Shown: in pieces, positions 63,880-64,000 of the stretch
Numbering within the stretch: the first letter of the stretch is position 1
How the letters are laid out: each line of letters begins with the position of its first letter
Virus record (IMG/VR): IMGVR_UViG_3300028381_000129
Location: 2,821-66,820 of that record
Source: a virus
Lineage: Duplodnaviria; Caudoviricetes
Length of the DNA: 64,000 bases
Reading direction: 5' to 3' (one strand)
The notes under the pieces: generated by a model
Seen by the model: only the letters and a program-made list of their open reading frames with translations
Told to the model about the DNA's origin: nothing
Database searches by the model: none
Position numbers and translations under genes: made by a program

Positions 63880-64000
63880 ATGGATGACGTTGACAAGTTC
63901 CTGACCGATCTCGCCGGGTGCACGGGGGCGACTAGCATCGTCATTCTTTGGGATACTTTCACAGACCCCGATGAGTCTTTCGAGGTTCGCATTTATCGCC
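63880..64000 (+). CDS. Hypothetical protein (3'-partial)
   Basis: ATG 63880 (MDDVDKFLTDLAGCTG...) is open to the window end. Confidence 0.5.
   Translation, partial: MDDVDKFLTDLAGCTGATSIVILWDTFTDPDESFEVRIYR

Noticed and set aside
1-64000. Integrase, repressor, reverse transcriptase/DGR, introns, inteins, homing endonucleases, tRNA genes
   Set aside because: None recognised; polymerase, terminase and helicase have ordinary lengths and intact motifs.

Overview
The window is most of a lytic N4-like podophage genome (Schitoviridae); the host is probably an alphaproteobacterium (inference from GC-rich codon usage and domain content). The assembly looks circularly permuted. It contains: (i) 1-5086 (-), a fibre/spike module with a 90-aa protein, a Calx-beta/Ig/lectin fibre whose SGNH esterase is split across two ORFs, and a G8-domain protein missed by the ORF track; (ii) 5326-23698 (+), middle/replication genes (ThyX, rIIA/B, MazG-like, helicase, family A DNA polymerase, Cas4-like nuclease, primase, AAA ATPase, SSB, RuvC-like resolvase); (iii) 23790-53510 (-), late genes (about 3460-aa virion RNA polymerase, ejection proteins, major capsid, portal, spanins/holins/GH108 endolysin, fibre, adaptor, terminase); (iv) about 53500-54570, the probable genome-end junction, carrying two putative nucleotide-signal sponge genes (gp49/66 family and Tad2/DUF2829) on either side of a highly structured ~250-nt non-coding element; (v) 54570-64000 (+), early genes behind four N4-type vRNAP hairpin promoters with unusually mismatched stems, then gp2, the two-subunit RNAPII and an Ig-domain decoration protein. 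Best leads: three structured intergenic RNA candidates, the sponge/ncRNA cassette, the non-canonical vRNAP promoters, a possible GTA-like head-spike module with a split esterase, and a fibre with an apparent Sec signal peptide. All family assignments come from manual motif recognition; no database searches were run.
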